Assembly (NCBI GenBank): GCA_949290785.1
Contig: CASETE010000004.1
Location: 12,794 to 76,793, forward strand
Length of the DNA stretch: 64,000 nt
Origin: an uncultured Pseudomonadota bacterium
GTDB lineage: Bacteria > Pseudomonadota > Alphaproteobacteria > Rs-D84
Direction: 5' to 3'
Position numbers and translations under genes: made by a program. The notes beneath the pieces were generated by a model that saw only the letters and a program-made list of their open reading frames with translations, searched no databases and was not told the origin of the DNA. Positions 35,797 through 45,895 of this stretch are shown here, one piece after another. The first letter of the stretch is position 1; every line of letters begins with the position of its first letter.

Positions 35797-38700
35797 TTAA
35801 TTATTCCATGCTGGTGCTGTAGTTATAGCTTCAGTAGTATTTATTGTATCAATTTTCATAGAATCAAGTCTAGATTCATAATTTGAAGTAGAAGTGCCTG
35901 AATTACTTACAGGACTAGCAGAAGAAGATGAACCCCTATTACCAATATTGCTGATATCGCCTGTACTAATACCAAGCGAAAATCCGCCCCCATTTTTCTC
36001 TGTTACATTACTGACCGAAGATTGATCATTATAATAAGACTGTAAATTACTACGTGTAGTTAAACCAAACGACTGTTGCGACCCAACCGCAAAACTTACC
36101 AACTGCTCGGTAATAACCGGTTCAGCATAAGTACTACAGAAATTCCCCTGATATGTATCCGAGGCTTTGGATTGAGAATATCCGGCACTTCCACCAAAAG
36201 GCCCAACCTGAGCCCCCGCCTCACCACTATAACTTGCAGATTCATAATTATATATCGCTTCAAACCCTGTACATGGATATGTAGTTGTGGTTATCCTGCA
36301 TGTGCTGGTACCTGGCTCATATATACCGGTAATTGTTTGTTTGCCAATCATACGACCACTACTAAATAACCCCTTAGATTCCACTATTACCTTTTCTACC
36401 CCTTTACTTTCCAACAATACATTTAACATTTCATCATCTGTTACACCGTTTATAATAACAGACCAATCATTTGATTCTTTAATTCCACTGTTTTTATTAG
36501 CCAATCTTGTTGAAGCATATTCTTCACCTTGCACCAAAGCATTGCAATATATCTGATTTTTATATTCATCTGCTGTACTGATTGCCTGTGCAAACAAATT
36601 TGCGTATTGTGCATCATAATTTGACTTTGCCGAATCCAAAACGGCATTAGCAATCACATTCGTATAAGAATCCAACAAATGCGGGAAACGCGCAGTTGTT
36701 CTATCTACTACGTTACGCGATGTAACACCGCGAATCTGACTCATATCACGACCGCTAACACACATTGTTATTTCTGGATCTGATGCCAATATATCTATCC
36801 GTCTTTGAATTTCATTCTGAATACCCGTCAAAGCGGTACGGATTCTTTCCTTTGATTCATCGTTAGCATCGGCAATTTGCGACATGTATTTATTAATATC
36901 CAAATTATACTGACCATTTGAATTTTGACCCAAAGTTAAATTGCTATATAAAATAACACCGTCTATAACATAATCACCACTGGAATTTTTATAACTTACC
37001 AAACTGTTTTTTCCTATATTAGCATCCTGAGAAAAAATATCACAACTTGTCAAATCTCCGCACAAGGCCAGCATTTTTTCATTAACTATATTTTGACACT
37101 GTTCTAGCATGGCATTATCTATACCCAAATAAATACCTTGTAACATATAATCAATATCAACCATACTTGTTAATTCACCATTTTGTTGACATGCGACAAG
37201 TTTTTCTAAAGGACACATTTGACGTATTGACGCCAAATCCAATCCGATACATTGTGTATAATCCTTTCCGCATCTATCATCTGCTTGCAGACATTCTTTA
37301 ACAGCAGTCGTACAAGAATCCACTCTCATAGAAGCCAATCTAGCGACAACGAAATCCCAAATCTGAGATTCTTCAGCCTTTGCGACAGAAGAAGCATCAA
37401 TACCGCAAGCATTTAAAGGGACCTTGCACAAATTCAACATAGTCTCTGGTCTTGTTAAACACATGTCATAAGAACCATCAGGGTCATTAGGATCAATGTT
37501 ATCTTTACAAGCCTTTTGGAAGCAATCAGAAATAGATCCGATACAATTTTGTCTTGCATCGTTTTCAGCGATTAATTCTGCGGATTTTATTTGAGGTGCA
37601 ATGTCTTTCAAGAAAGTGTCCCAAACTTTATCGGCGACAGCGACGCAAGACTTCGTAATGCCTTCGCATAAAGGTTTTTTTGCCAGCAAAGTATCATAAG
37701 TAGACGCGTAGATTTCTATACCTGTAACAGTACCTTGAATAGTATAAGTAGCAGGTTTTCTGTTAGCTCTTTGACTGGCATTAGTATTATCAAAAGCGGC
37801 AACAGATGCACATTTTGAAAAATCCTCGCCGCAACCAGCGGTAGTAATCATACAATTTTTAAACTCTACGGCACATTGTCCTAAATCATACTTATTAGCA
37901 GATTGATATTGCTCTAACGCCGCACTCCTTAATGCTTGTTCCGCGGCATATAATTTTTGCGCGCTTGAATTTTTTTGCTGTTTCAGACTATTTTCATATG
38001 CACTGCAATCCGACTTTATTTGTTGTGAATACATCAACTGTAACATTGATAATTCTGATTGACACTCTGGCACTTGTGCGACGCAAATATCATTAGCGGC
38101 ACGATACAACGCATCACCCTCTTTGCCTTCTATAGGATTGACTGACGCATTTTCACCGAATATATCTTCTTCATCTTCTTCAAAACTCATATTCCAAAGC
38201 GACAAATCCAAAGTCCGCTTTTGTTCTTCTTGACCTGCTTTTAATATAGAATCTGCAACAGCATTTGCGTTTGCGATTGCCGCATCGGCGGCATCGCCCA
38301 TTTCTATTCTTTCAACGCCGACCGTGGCCATTTGATAACTTTGCTGGTCCAGTTTTTCTATTTCTGCCAACACCGTATCCAATTCAGCGTTTTTATCACT
38401 GCAAATACAGCGACCACCGTTATCGTTATCCAACATACAGAAAGAATCCATGCACCCCATGTATTTCTGACGACAAGCCTCACTAACGATTACATTTGCC
38501 GTTGCCGAGGCGACTTTGGTTCCCGTAGAAATTACCTTTTGCGTTGTTCCAGCACGCGCAACAACGCCCGTTGTCGCGGGGGCGGTTGACGCCGGCGTCG
38601 CGCTTCTTGAAACGGTTGTTCTGCCCGTGGTTGCCGACCTGGCCGGTGCTGTTGTTCTGGTACTGGTCGCACTGCGCGCAGTTGTTGCACTGCGTGCAGA

Positions 38701-38841
38701 AACAGCATTTGTCCGCGAAGATGTCGCAGCAGTTGTCCCTTCTTCTGCAGCGGCCTGACCGCGCCGTTGCTGTGGTACCGCAGCATTTGCAGACGTAATA
38801 AGCAAACCCAAAAACGCAAAAAATACAACGAAACGTTTCAT
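35797..38841 (-). CDS. Large secreted cysteine-rich protein, family member (1014 aa), closest in layout to 322..2814
   Basis: Signal peptide MKRFVVFFAFLGLLITSANA and RSAT-type low complexity (ARSATTARSATSTRTTAPARSATTGRTTVSRSATPAS). Motifs ACRQKYMGCMDSFCMLDNDNGGRCICSD and NKYDLGQCAVEFKNCMITTAGCGEDFSKC. Collinear blocks are shared with member 1 (DPEI..CV.GRD.SQI). Confidence 0.85.
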   Translation of the reverse strand: MKRFVVFFAFLGLLITSANAAVPQQRRGQAAAEEGTTAATSSRTNAVSARSATTARSATSTRTTAPARSATTGRTTVSRSATPASTAPATTGVVARAGTTQKVISTGTKVASATANVIVSEACRQKYMGCMDSFCMLDNDNGGRCICSDKNAELDTVLAEIEKLDQQSYQMATVGVERIEMGDAADAAIANANAVADSILKAGQEEQKRTLDLSLWNMSFEEDEEDIFGENASVNPIEGKEGDALYRAANDICVAQVPECQSELSMLQLMYSQQIKSDCSAYENSLKQQKNSSAQKLYAAEQALRSAALEQYQSANKYDLGQCAVEFKNCMITTAGCGEDFSKCASVAAFDNTNASQRANRKPATYTIQGTVTGIEIYASTYDTLLAKKPLCEGITKSCVAVADKVWDTFLKDIAPQIKSAELIAENDARQNCIGSISDCFQKACKDNIDPNDPDGSYDMCLTRPETMLNLCKVPLNACGIDASSVAKAEESQIWDFVVARLASMRVDSCTTAVKECLQADDRCGKDYTQCIGLDLASIRQMCPLEKLVACQQNGELTSMVDIDYMLQGIYLGIDNAMLEQCQNIVNEKMLALCGDLTSCDIFSQDANIGKNSLVSYKNSSGDYVIDGVILYSNLTLGQNSNGQYNLDINKYMSQIADANDESKERIRTALTGIQNEIQRRIDILASDPEITMCVSGRDMSQIRGVTSRNVVDRTTARFPHLLDSYTNVIANAVLDSAKSNYDAQYANLFAQAISTADEYKNQIYCNALVQGEEYASTRLANKNSGIKESNDWSVIINGVTDDEMLNVLLESKGVEKVIVESKGLFSSGRMIGKQTITGIYEPGTSTCRITTTTYPCTGFEAIYNYESASYSGEAGAQVGPFGGSAGYSQSKASDTYQGNFCSTYAEPVITEQLVSFAVGSQQSFGLTTRSNLQSYYNDQSSVSNVTEKNGGGFSLGISTGDISNIGNRGSSSSASPVSNSGTSTSNYESRLDSMKIDTINTTEAITTAPAWNN

Positions 38842-38935
38842 AGAAAAGCCCTCAACATTTAATGTATTTTATCATAATTACAAAAATCACACAAGAACCT
38901 TTTAACATAATAATAAAAAATATCCAACAAGCATA

Positions 38936-38963
38936 TTGACAAATATATATATAGTGCTATAAT
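38936..38963 (+). promoter_or_regulatory. Sigma70 promoter TTGACA-16-TATAAT with extended -10 TGC
   Basis: ttgacaaatatatatatagtgctataat, 30 nt upstream of ATG 38993. Confidence 0.6.
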
Positions 38964-38992
38964 AACCATATAACAAAAAAGGAATAACTAAC

Positions 38993-39838
38993 ATGTCTAT
39001 AAAATCTTATGAACCAAATATCAACGTTGCAAAATCCTATTATTTCACATACAAATCTGGATTTCGCAAATATCTAAACCCAAACAAAAAAATGTTTAAC
39101 GAATATTCGCCTGCCTATATAAAGACAAACGAACCGCTTAGAACGATAACAGGTGCAACCGCTTCATTCGCAAAAGATGTTTTAACCACTGCTGCCAGCG
39201 GCGACCATCCTATGTTTTACAAATTAACCCCTGCGGAAAACATTGATACGTTTGACGTATCCTTTTGTGCCAAAGCCATCATGGACATAAAAGTTACAGC
39301 GTTGCAAAACGACCTATCTCTTGACCAATATACATATCTGTTGTCGCGCTTGTACAAAACAAACGACATAAAAAGCATTCCATATATGGAAGATATAATT
39401 AAAAAGCTGCCAAATGATACGAAACAATTCGTTAACGCAATGAATGATTATAACATATTTGGCAACGGGAATAATATTTCTGAGTCTAACAAACACACCC
39501 TGCCAACGAAACAAGAATTTGAAATTATGAAAAAATCTATTACCAAACCGTTTAATTTTATTTGGTCTGATATCATGTCATTGCATACGCACTTAACAAA
39601 GCAATATGATGTAATAAATCTGTCCAATATTCCGGAATATTTAACCGCCGAAAGTCTTTTAAAGTTATTAACAGATTTAAAAAACAATCTTAAAATCAAC
39701 GGTTATTTTGTATCTGATGCGCCTTCATTTGCCGAAGATAACACAAGAAGCAAAATGATAAAGATTTTACCAGAGATTAATTCTTGGGCGATTGCCAGAA
39801 TGCCGAAAGAAATTTTGTTTGTTCAAAAAATACGCTAA
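38993..39838 (+). CDS. Hypothetical protein, possibly DUF3419/BtaA-like SAM-dependent fold
   Basis: VLTTAASGDHPMFYKLTPAENIDTFDVSFCAKAIMDIKVTAL and YDVINLSNIPEYL loosely resemble the DUF3419 pattern as I remember it. The assignment is weak. Confidence 0.35.
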   Translation: MSIKSYEPNINVAKSYYFTYKSGFRKYLNPNKKMFNEYSPAYIKTNEPLRTITGATASFAKDVLTTAASGDHPMFYKLTPAENIDTFDVSFCAKAIMDIKVTALQNDLSLDQYTYLLSRLYKTNDIKSIPYMEDIIKKLPNDTKQFVNAMNDYNIFGNGNNISESNKHTLPTKQEFEIMKKSITKPFNFIWSDIMSLHTHLTKQYDVINLSNIPEYLTAESLLKLLTDLKNNLKINGYFVSDAPSFAEDNTRSKMIKILPEINSWAIARMPKEILFVQKIR

Positions 39839-39840
39839 AT

Positions 39841-39868
39841 AAAAAATGCGCCGTCGGCGCATTTTTTA
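39841..39868. terminator. Bidirectional terminator at the end of the alpha operon
   Basis: aaaaaa-tgcgcc-gtc-ggcgca-tttttt. Confidence 0.75.
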
Positions 39869-40423
39869 TTTACTTTTTGTAGTACGACTTTTTGTAGTTG
39901 TCGCCTTTTTAGCGTCTGTTTTCTTTGTAGCAGTTTTTGCTTCCTTGACATCTTTATCATCGGATGCGTTTGCTTTCTTTGTTACTTTTTCTTTTTTATC
40001 TGCCTTGTCTGCTTTATTTTCTTCTGTTGCTGCGGGCTTTGTGGCTTTCTTTGCGTTTATATCGCGATCAACCAATTCAATAATCGCCATAGGTGCAGCA
40101 TCACCGTAACGGAAGCCAGCCTTTAAAACGCGCGTATAACCACCAGGACGCTTTGCATAACGAGGCCCCAAAACCGTAAATAATTTCTTTACGGTTTCAG
40201 CCGAAGAATTCCCCAATTCACTCGCAATCAAGCGACGATTTGCAACGGTGTCAACTTTTGCGCGCGTAATCAATTTTTCCACTACGCTACGCAAATCTTT
40301 TGCCTTTGGCAAAGTCGTTTTAATTTGTTCTTTTTCAATTAAGTTCTTCGCCAGACCTATAAACAAAGCCTTGCGTGCATTTGTATCGCGATTAAAAGTA
40401 CGACCTGCTTTCATATGTCTCAT
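39866..40423 (-). CDS. rplQ: 50S ribosomal protein L17 with about 65-aa Lys/Ala/Thr-rich C-terminal extension
   Basis: [45 protein letters not shown]. The 185-aa length includes the tail ...[27 protein letters not shown]...[10 protein letters not shown]. Confidence 0.93.
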   Translation of the reverse strand: MRHMKAGRTFNRDTNARKALFIGLAKNLIEKEQIKTTLPKAKDLRSVVEKLITRAKVDTVANRRLIASELGNSSAETVKKLFTVLGPRYAKRPGGYTRVLKAGFRYGDAAPMAIIELVDRDINAKKATKPAATEENKADKADKKEKVTKKANASDDKDVKEAKTATKKTDAKKATTTKSRTTKSK

Positions 40424-40552
40424 TGATTACTCCTTTATGTTCTTCAGCCTCTACCCGAGGATTCGTTGAGACGCCCTGACCTGAAACTCTTAATTTCAGA
40501 ACCAAGGATTTATTCGTGCCGGTGACAAATGCTTATCACCGACACAGAAACA

Positions 40553-41581
40553 CTATTTATATGGGTCTTCGTATTTTTTTGCTAATTCAGCAATGTTTTC
40601 TGGTGGCCAACCTGGCACGTCCATACCCAAACTTAAACCCATCGCTTCCAATTGAACTTTGATTTCGTTCAAAGACTTGCGACCAAAGTTAGGTGTTTTC
40701 AACATATCAGCCTCTGTCTTTTGGACCAATTCACCCAACCAATTAATCTTATCGTTCTTTAAGCAATTATTTGCACGAACAGACAATTCTAACTCATCCA
40801 CGTGCTTTAATAGCTTTGGATCAAACGGTAAAGCATCTTTTGCTTTTTCTTCTTCGTTCTTGGTGCTGATTTGTGCTGGATCTTCAAAATTAATAAATAC
40901 AACCAGCTGATCAGTCAAAATTCTTGCAGCAAAAGCGATTGCATCTTCTGGCGATACAGAACCATTCGTTTTAACAGTAAGTTCTAATTTGTCATAATCC
41001 GTAGATTGACCTACACGCGTTTCAGAAACATCAAACGCAACGTTTAAAATAGGCGAGAATATAGAATCAACAGGAATAACCCCCAACGGCAAACCATTTG
41101 CATGCGAACTGGCCGGTACATAACCACGACCCGTATCCAAAGTTATTTCCATATCAAAACTTGCGCCGTTATCCAAGGTACAAATTTCAGCATCTTTATT
41201 CATCACTTCAACGCCACCAGAAGTTTCAATCATTCCTGCAGTAACAACCGCTGGGCCTTTAACTTTTATATAAGCCTTATGTTGACCTTCTGTTAAAGCC
41301 TTGAAATAAACACCTTTTAAATTCAAGATAATATCTGTTACATCTTCACGAACGCCAGATATGCTAGAAAATTCATGTTGAACCCCATCAATCTTCACAT
41401 AAACAGGTGCACAACCTTGTAGCGACGACAATAATACGCGACGCAAAGCCGTTCCCAACGTACGACCGAAACCCTTTTCCAAAGGTTCTGCAATTAAAGT
41501 AGCAATATTTGGGTTATGTTCATCAACTTTGATATTTAATTTTTTCGGCTTAATCAAAGTCATCCAATTTTTTTCAATCAT
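40553..41581 (-). CDS. rpoA: DNA-directed RNA polymerase alpha subunit
   Basis: 342 aa with N-terminal [11 protein letters not shown]...[23 protein letters not shown] and C-terminal domain [24 protein letters not shown]. Confidence 0.95.
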   Translation of the reverse strand: MIEKNWMTLIKPKKLNIKVDEHNPNIATLIAEPLEKGFGRTLGTALRRVLLSSLQGCAPVYVKIDGVQHEFSSISGVREDVTDIILNLKGVYFKALTEGQHKAYIKVKGPAVVTAGMIETSGGVEVMNKDAEICTLDNGASFDMEITLDTGRGYVPASSHANGLPLGVIPVDSIFSPILNVAFDVSETRVGQSTDYDKLELTVKTNGSVSPEDAIAFAARILTDQLVVFINFEDPAQISTKNEEEKAKDALPFDPKLLKHVDELELSVRANNCLKNDKINWLGELVQKTEADMLKTPNFGRKSLNEIKVQLEAMGLSLGMDVPGWPPENIAELAKKYEDPYK

Positions 41582-41797
41582 GAATTTTTCCTTTTGGCTT
41601 AGTTTATCATTTTCACCATTTGGTACGTATAAACCTTTATACGCCCGCGCATTTTATATCACAAACTAAAAAAAGTCAAACATTTATTACAAAAACAACA
41701 ACATATAAAGCCCTAAAAATAGTAAGCACAAAAAACGCATTAAAAGTTGACATTTTATTTTATTGTACTAATATATCAACAAACAAAAGGATAAAAA

Positions 41798-42151
41798 ATG
41801 AAAAAATTATTATCATCTGTTACTTTCTTATTAATTTGTGGTGTTGCATACGCGGGCACATACCGTGAAACAGAAACATACACAGTAAGGGAAAATATAA
41901 CTATTGATACCGTCAGATACAGGGGCGTTTCCAAACCTTCTTGCAATTATCGCAAATGTAACGAATGTAACAAATGCAATCATGTTGCTTCTTCACTTGA
42001 TCTAAGCCGTCCATGCAAAGTATCAAAATGCAATCAACAGCCTGTCAAAGTAAAAACACACACAGAAGTCATAGATCATCATCAAATATACCAACCTGTT
42101 ACTGTTTATAAACCGGCAGGGACATGCACAACTCGTAGAATAATCAAATAA
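41798..42151 (+). CDS. Small secreted Cys-rich protein (117 aa) on the opposite strand inside the alpha operon
   Basis: Signal peptide MKKLLSSVTFLLICGVAYA, then SCNYRKCNECNKCNHV and PCKVSKCNQQP. It has its own bidirectional terminator. Confidence 0.6.
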   Translation: MKKLLSSVTFLLICGVAYAGTYRETETYTVRENITIDTVRYRGVSKPSCNYRKCNECNKCNHVASSLDLSRPCKVSKCNQQPVKVKTHTEVIDHHQIYQPVTVYKPAGTCTTRRIIK

Positions 42152-42165
42152 AAAAAATCAAAAAA

Positions 42166-42196
42166 TAAAAATCCCGTTAAAACGGGATTTTTATTT
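42166..42196. terminator. Bidirectional terminator
   Basis: aaaaa-atcccgt-taaa-acgggat-ttttatttt. Confidence 0.7.
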
Positions 42197-42210
42197 TTCT
42201 AAATCAATCG

Positions 42211-42594
42211 TTATACACGACGAACTTTCTTTGGACGGCAACCGTTGTGTGGGATACGTGTAGTATCAGTAATAGATTGAACAATCAAACCAGCGTTTGC
42301 CAATCCACGTACAGCAGATTCGCGACCTTGCCCAATACCGCGCATCAAAACATCAACTGTTTTCATACCCATTTCAGCAACCTTTTTACCAACGGCATCT
42401 GCAACAACCGTCGCTGCATATGGTGTAGATTTTTTTGCACCTTTAAAATTATTTGCCCCAGCGGTTGCCCATGTCAAAACGGCACCGGACTGGTCTGTGA
42501 TTGTAATACGAGTATTGTTATTAGTCGCAACCACATGAGCAATACCATGTGATACTTTTTTTACGACTTTCTTTTTTGCTTTTGTAACTGCCAT
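42211..42594 (-). CDS. rpsK: 30S ribosomal protein S11
   Basis: ...GIAHVVATNNNTRITITDQSGAVLTWATAG...RIPHNGCRPKKVRRV. Confidence 0.95.
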   Translation of the reverse strand: MAVTKAKKKVVKKVSHGIAHVVATNNNTRITITDQSGAVLTWATAGANNFKGAKKSTPYAATVVADAVGKKVAEMGMKTVDVLMRGIGQGRESAVRGLANAGLIVQSITDTTRIPHNGCRPKKVRRV

Positions 42595-42655
42595 TTTTTT
42601 AATACCTTTTTAGATGTCTTCAATTAACTATCGTGTTAATCTCTACCTGTTAAAA

Positions 42656-43033
42656 TTATTTACCCTTTACAGCGGACCCCGCAACAACAACGCGCTTTCC
42701 CTTACGAGTACGAGCATTTGTTTGCGTACGTTGACCGCGAACCGGCAAACGATTACGATGACGAATACCGCGATAAGTTTTCAAATCTTGCAAACGTTTA
42801 ATATTCATTGCAACTTCACGGCGAACATCGCCTTCTACTTTAAAGTTTTCTTCTATATACTTAGAAATTTTAACAACATCCTCGTCAGTCAAGTCTTTCG
42901 CACGCAATCCATCTTTTAATTTCAAAGCCTTGCAAATTTGCGCGGACTTTGCCGGTCCGATACCATGGATGTACTGCAACGCGATTTCAATGCGCTTTTC
43001 CGTAGGAATGTTAACACCTGCTATACGTGCCAT
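42656..43033 (-). CDS. rpsM: 30S ribosomal protein S13
   Basis: [26 protein letters not shown]. Confidence 0.95.
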   Translation of the reverse strand: MARIAGVNIPTEKRIEIALQYIHGIGPAKSAQICKALKLKDGLRAKDLTDEDVVKISKYIEENFKVEGDVRREVAMNIKRLQDLKTYRGIRHRNRLPVRGQRTQTNARTRKGKRVVVAGSAVKGK

Positions 43034-43134
43034 TTTTCATTTTCCTTTTTATTTATTTCAGTGTACTAAATGCACCCTGATATTTTCTCTGTAAAACCGT
43101 TTTCAGATTTACAAGAGTTTTTATTTGTCGCCTT

Positions 43135-43162
43135 ATTTTATACAATATGCAACAAAAGTCAA
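43135..43162 (-). promoter_or_regulatory. Candidate internal promoter TTGACT-16-TAAAAT upstream of rpsM
   Basis: The minus strand reads TTGACTTTTGTTGCATATTGTATAAAAT, within the 162-nt secY-rpsM spacer. Confidence 0.4.
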
Positions 43163-43195
43163 ACTTTGTTTCCAATAAAAATATACAATATATCT

Positions 43196-44512
43196 TTAAC
43201 GGAAACGACCTTTTTTCTGCGCTGTTTTAATAACGCTTTTATATTTACCTGCAACCAAGTAAGACTGTACTTGATTAACGGTATCTAAAACCACACCTGC
43301 CACGATTAATACACTCGTTCCACCTATGACAAGCGGCATACCCATATGAGTATTTAAAATGATTGGTACGACGCATACAACAACCAGATACATCACACCA
43401 ATTGCGGTTGTACGTGATACGACAGCATCTAAATAATGCATAGTCTGTTCCCCCGGACGAACGCCAGGAACGTACCCACCTGCGTTTTTCAAATTAGTAC
43501 TTGTTTCTTCGGAATTAAAAACAACCGCCGTTTGAAAGTATGCAAAGAAAGCAATTAACACGGTATACGTAATAATATAAGACCAAGTACCATACGTAAA
43601 GAATCCCATGATGTTTTGAACGATTAAATTTTCACTTTGAACGAAACGTTGAATAAATGCTGGTAACATCATGATACTTGCTGCAAATACAGGTCCCATA
43701 ACACCGGACATATTGACCTTAATTGGTAAATACGAAGCGTTTGTATTTGCGACGCCGTTTGCTGTTACTTGTCTTGGATACAATATTTGTATACGGCGTT
43801 GCGCCTGTTCAAACAAAGCGATTAACGCAACAATACCTACAACGAACGCAACAATTAAAGCAATCATAGCAGGTGATATTTGCCCGACCGAACCCAAAGA
43901 GAATAACTTTGCGATTCCTCCTGGGACCTCTGCAATGATACCAGCAAAAATCAACAACGAAGCCCCCTGCCCTATACCGCGTGCGGTAATTTGTTCCGCC
44001 AACCACATGACGAACACGGTTCCGCCTACCAAGGCAATTATTGCGGACAATTCAAACGCAAACCCAGGATTAACAACCGCCGCAACGCCATTAACTGGTG
44101 CCATAGATTCCAGGCCACGAACAACGGCCCAACCTTGAACGACCGCCAAAAATACCGCTAGATATCTCGTATATTGATTTATTTTGATACGTCCTGATTC
44201 ACCTTCTTTGCGCAATTCATTCAAAGATTTACTGGTTGCAGTTAACAATTGCAAAACGATAGATGCAGAAATGTACGGGAATATATTCAAGGCCAATACA
44301 GACATACGAGACAAAGAACCGCCTGCGAACATATCGAACATCCCCATCATTCCGCTACCTTCGCCGCTGAACAAATGCAGCACAGCCGATGCGTTAACAC
44401 CTGGTAATGGAATAAAAGACCCTATACGATAAACAATCAACGCCCCAATAGTAAACAATATACGTTTTTGTAAATCAGATAAGTTTCCAAAAAAATCTTT
44501 CAAGAATTTCAT
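43196..44512 (-). CDS. secY: Preprotein translocase subunit SecY
   Basis: A 438-aa polytopic protein. ...RILFTIGALIVYRIGSFIPLPGVN... is the typical SecY N-terminus. Confidence 0.95.
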   Translation of the reverse strand: MKFLKDFFGNLSDLQKRILFTIGALIVYRIGSFIPLPGVNASAVLHLFSGEGSGMMGMFDMFAGGSLSRMSVLALNIFPYISASIVLQLLTATSKSLNELRKEGESGRIKINQYTRYLAVFLAVVQGWAVVRGLESMAPVNGVAAVVNPGFAFELSAIIALVGGTVFVMWLAEQITARGIGQGASLLIFAGIIAEVPGGIAKLFSLGSVGQISPAMIALIVAFVVGIVALIALFEQAQRRIQILYPRQVTANGVANTNASYLPIKVNMSGVMGPVFAASIMMLPAFIQRFVQSENLIVQNIMGFFTYGTWSYIITYTVLIAFFAYFQTAVVFNSEETSTNLKNAGGYVPGVRPGEQTMHYLDAVVSRTTAIGVMYLVVVCVVPIILNTHMGMPLVIGGTSVLIVAGVVLDTVNQVQSYLVAGKYKSVIKTAQKKGRFR

Positions 44513-44534
44513 GCGAACGAACTTTTATTTATAT

Positions 44535-44562
44535 ATTTGCATCTGGCGCACCAGATGCAAAT
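44535..44562 (-). other. Perfect 12-bp intercistronic hairpin between rplO and secY
   Basis: atttgcatctgg-cgca-ccagatgcaaat. No U-tract follows on the mRNA strand. Confidence 0.6.
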
Positions 44563-44570
44563 ATCAAAGG

Positions 44571-45029
44571 TTATTTGTTTTTGATTGATCCACCAGCTTT
44601 TACAATTGCTTCTTCTGCGGACTTTGACCATTTATCTGCAACAATATTTACAGCAGATTTGATTTCGCCTTTTGCCAAAACTTTTAAACCAGACTTTTTA
44701 CGATTAATAATCTTGGCATTTAACAAAGAATCAATTGTAATTGTTGACTTTGCGTCAATTTTACCAGATGCGATGAATTTTTCAATGTCACCCAAGTTAA
44801 TAGTAACATATTCTTTTGCAAATGGATTATTAAAACCAAATTTTGGGAAGCGACGTAAAATCGGCATTTGACCGCCCTGGAAAGTAGCCTGTTTACGAGA
44901 ACCGCTACGTGCTTTTTGACCTTTATTACCGCGGCCAGAAGTCTTACCCATACCAGAACCGATACCACGACCAACGCGTTTAGCGTTTGCACGAGCACCG
45001 AAATTATCCATCAAAGCATTAAGTTTCAT
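44571..45029 (-). CDS. rplO: 50S ribosomal protein L15
   Basis: Start moved to MKLNALMDNFGARANAKRVGRGIGSGMGKTSGRG (ATG 45029) after an AGGAAAAAGGAAA RBS. Confidence 0.93.
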   Translation of the reverse strand: MKLNALMDNFGARANAKRVGRGIGSGMGKTSGRGNKGQKARSGSRKQATFQGGQMPILRRFPKFGFNNPFAKEYVTINLGDIEKFIASGKIDAKSTITIDSLLNAKIINRKKSGLKVLAKGEIKSAVNIVADKWSKSAEEAIVKAGGSIKNK

Positions 45030-45108
45030 TTTGTTTTCCTTTTTCCTGCGAACTATTTTTAAGTATAGTTCTTTTTTCGCACACAAACAAGTGTACTCGG
45101 TTTAAAAA

Positions 45109-45288
45109 TTATTTTTCAACGATTTCTACTAAATGAGAAACCTTTGCAACCATACCGCGAACGGCAGGCGTATCACCCAATTCTTTTGTTTTACCGATAC
45201 GTCCCAAACCTAGTGCGGCGATAACCTTGCGTTGATCTTCTGGGCGCCCGATAACACTTTTAACCTGTTTAACAATTATCTTTGCCAT
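45109..45288 (-). CDS. rpmD: 50S ribosomal protein L30
   Basis: Not in the ORF track (59 aa). Hand translation gives [59 protein letters not shown]. Confidence 0.9.
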   Translation of the reverse strand: MAKIIVKQVKSVIGRPEDQRKVIAALGLGRIGKTKELGDTPAVRGMVAKVSHLVEIVEK

Positions 45289-45318
45289 GATTCATTACTC
45301 CGTTTTTATTATCAGAAA

Positions 45319-45873
45319 TTATTTATCTTGTGTCTGAGGTTCCAATTTCTTCCCATCACGCCCAGCGATAATTTCTGCAACAGTTTTACCACGACGCGCT
45401 GCAACGGTTTTCGGCGAATTCATTTTTGCAAAAGCCAAGAACGCTGCACGAATCATATTATTAGGATTATTTGACCCTTGCGATTTTACAACCACGTCTT
45501 GAACGCCCAAGCATTCAAACACAGCACGCAAAGCACCACCAGCAATGATACCAGTACCTGGAACCGCGCTACGAACGACCAACTTACTTGCGCCATATTT
45601 TGCTGCGCTATCATGATGCAAGGTGCGACCTTCTTTCAAAGGAACGCGTATCATTTTCGCTTTTGCTGCCTTTGTTGCTTTTTGAACAGCCGCTTGTACT
45701 TCCAAAGCCTTACCTTTACCGAAACCAACCCTACCTGCCTTATCGCCGACCACAACCAAGGCCGAGAAAGACATATTGCGACCACCCTTTACAGTCTTAG
45801 ATACACGATTGATAGAAACTAATTTGTCTACCAAGTTATCTGTCTGTAATTTTTTATCATCAAAACGTGCCAT
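45319..45873 (-). CDS. rpsE: 30S ribosomal protein S5
   Basis: ...[27 protein letters not shown]... Confidence 0.95.
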   Translation of the reverse strand: MARFDDKKLQTDNLVDKLVSINRVSKTVKGGRNMSFSALVVVGDKAGRVGFGKGKALEVQAAVQKATKAAKAKMIRVPLKEGRTLHHDSAAKYGASKLVVRSAVPGTGIIAGGALRAVFECLGVQDVVVKSQGSNNPNNMIRAAFLAFAKMNSPKTVAARRGKTVAEIIAGRDGKKLEPQTQDK

Positions 45874-45895
45874 TTATAAACTCCGTATTTCACAA

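Noticed and set aside
38516-38828. Cluster of four overlapping 80-98 aa ORFs on both strands.
   Set aside because: All fall in the GC-rich RSAT low-complexity coding tract of 35797..38841. Open frames here result from biased composition.
43671-44138. Long antisense ORFs inside secY (43671-44138), tuf (55014-55523), fusA (57705-58211) and rplQ (39846-40109).
   Set aside because: They are antisense to highly conserved genes. None has an RBS or a recognisable domain, which is typical of shadow ORFs.
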